Origin: Octopus vulgaris
Taxonomy: Eukaryota
Direction: 5' to 3'
DNA: 64,000 nt
NCBI GenBank assembly: GCA_951406725.2
Contig: OX597814.1
Location: forward strand, 123,690,001 to 123,754,000
Under the pieces are notes generated by a model that was not told the DNA's origin, searched no databases, and worked only from the letters and a program-made list of their open reading frames with translations. Positions 63,203-64,000 of the stretch are shown one piece after another; the stretch's first letter is position 1; every line of letters starts with the position of its first letter. A program made the position numbers and the translations under genes.

Positions 63203-64000
63203 AATAAGAAACTGTTAAAGTTACCCCTGATCTTCTCAACAAAGCAAAAAAAAACATTTAAGTAAAAAACTACTTCCTTTAGAATCACCAAGTTTTTTGT
63301 TGCAATAACTGCTGTTCATTGATTATATTTTGTCTCTACCAAACTGAACATTTTATATTCTCAATGCACAATATTTTCAACTGTTTGTGTGTTTCTGTGA
63401 GTATATATAAATGTCATTCAATAATTATACACACTGTTTTCTTATCTGATACTGATGTTTATCACTTACATGAAAACTAATGGAATTACTGTTTTCAATT
63501 ATGATTGTGGAGTCTAGATACTGTAACTAGAGAGATGGGGGTGGATGGGTTAGCTGACAACACTTGGCATCCTTCCTCCACACGCCAACAGACTGCATCA
63601 TTTCTTCATCCTCCACTCCTCTTTATTCATGTACGTCTTCTGTCTGTAAAGTAATTATCTTACAACCAATGCCATTGACACCATTGCTACTGCTATCGCC
63701 ACTTCTACTGCGGCCACCACTACTGCTATTGCCGCCACAGCTTCCGCTGCCACCACCACAACCGCCACTGCCACCACCACACCGCCACTGCCACCACCAT
63801 CACCAATTCCACTAACACCACCATACCACCATAACACCACCATACCACCATACCACCAGACGTTGTTTCAGTCACGTCTGCCATCATCATTATCATCATC
63901 ATCGGGATTGGTGTTGGTTGATGTTGTTGTTATAACGTCTACTTTTCCATGCCTGCATGGATCAGATGAAACTCATTGAGGCAGAATACCAACACCATCA

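Overview
AT-rich, very repeat-dense eukaryotic genomic DNA. The SINE, LINE and microsatellite content most resembles an octopus (coleoid cephalopod) genome; this is inferred from recalled repeat families. Two spliced protein-coding genes lie head-to-head and can be rebuilt exon by exon. (1) ZCCHC8 (NEXT exosome-adaptor scaffold) is on the minus strand: ATG at 10805, 10 coding exons down to 663, continuing off the left edge. It has two clear minor-spliceosome (U12-type GT-AG) introns, 9163-10399 and 3523-3727. (2) A DUF4807/STLGG-motif uncharacterised protein is on the plus strand: 4 coding exons, 17401-29335, 362 aa. The rest (about 30-64 kb) has no recognisable host gene. It is filled with tRNA-derived SINEs, RTE and CR1/L2-like LINE fragments, a young 5'-truncated Dong/R4-type retrotransposon in a (TAA)n tract, Helitrons, mariner/piggyBac/hAT MITEs, Penelope-like remnants with hammerhead-ribozyme-like cores, and long microsatellites that produce most of the spurious ORFs. 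Four oddities stand out: a palindromic element joining a tRNA-like Pol III head to a hammerhead-bearing Penelope-like tail, a Helitron flanked by a 21-bp direct repeat, a CpG-rich 175-bp palindrome downstream of the DUF4807 gene, and the two U12 introns in an exosome cofactor.
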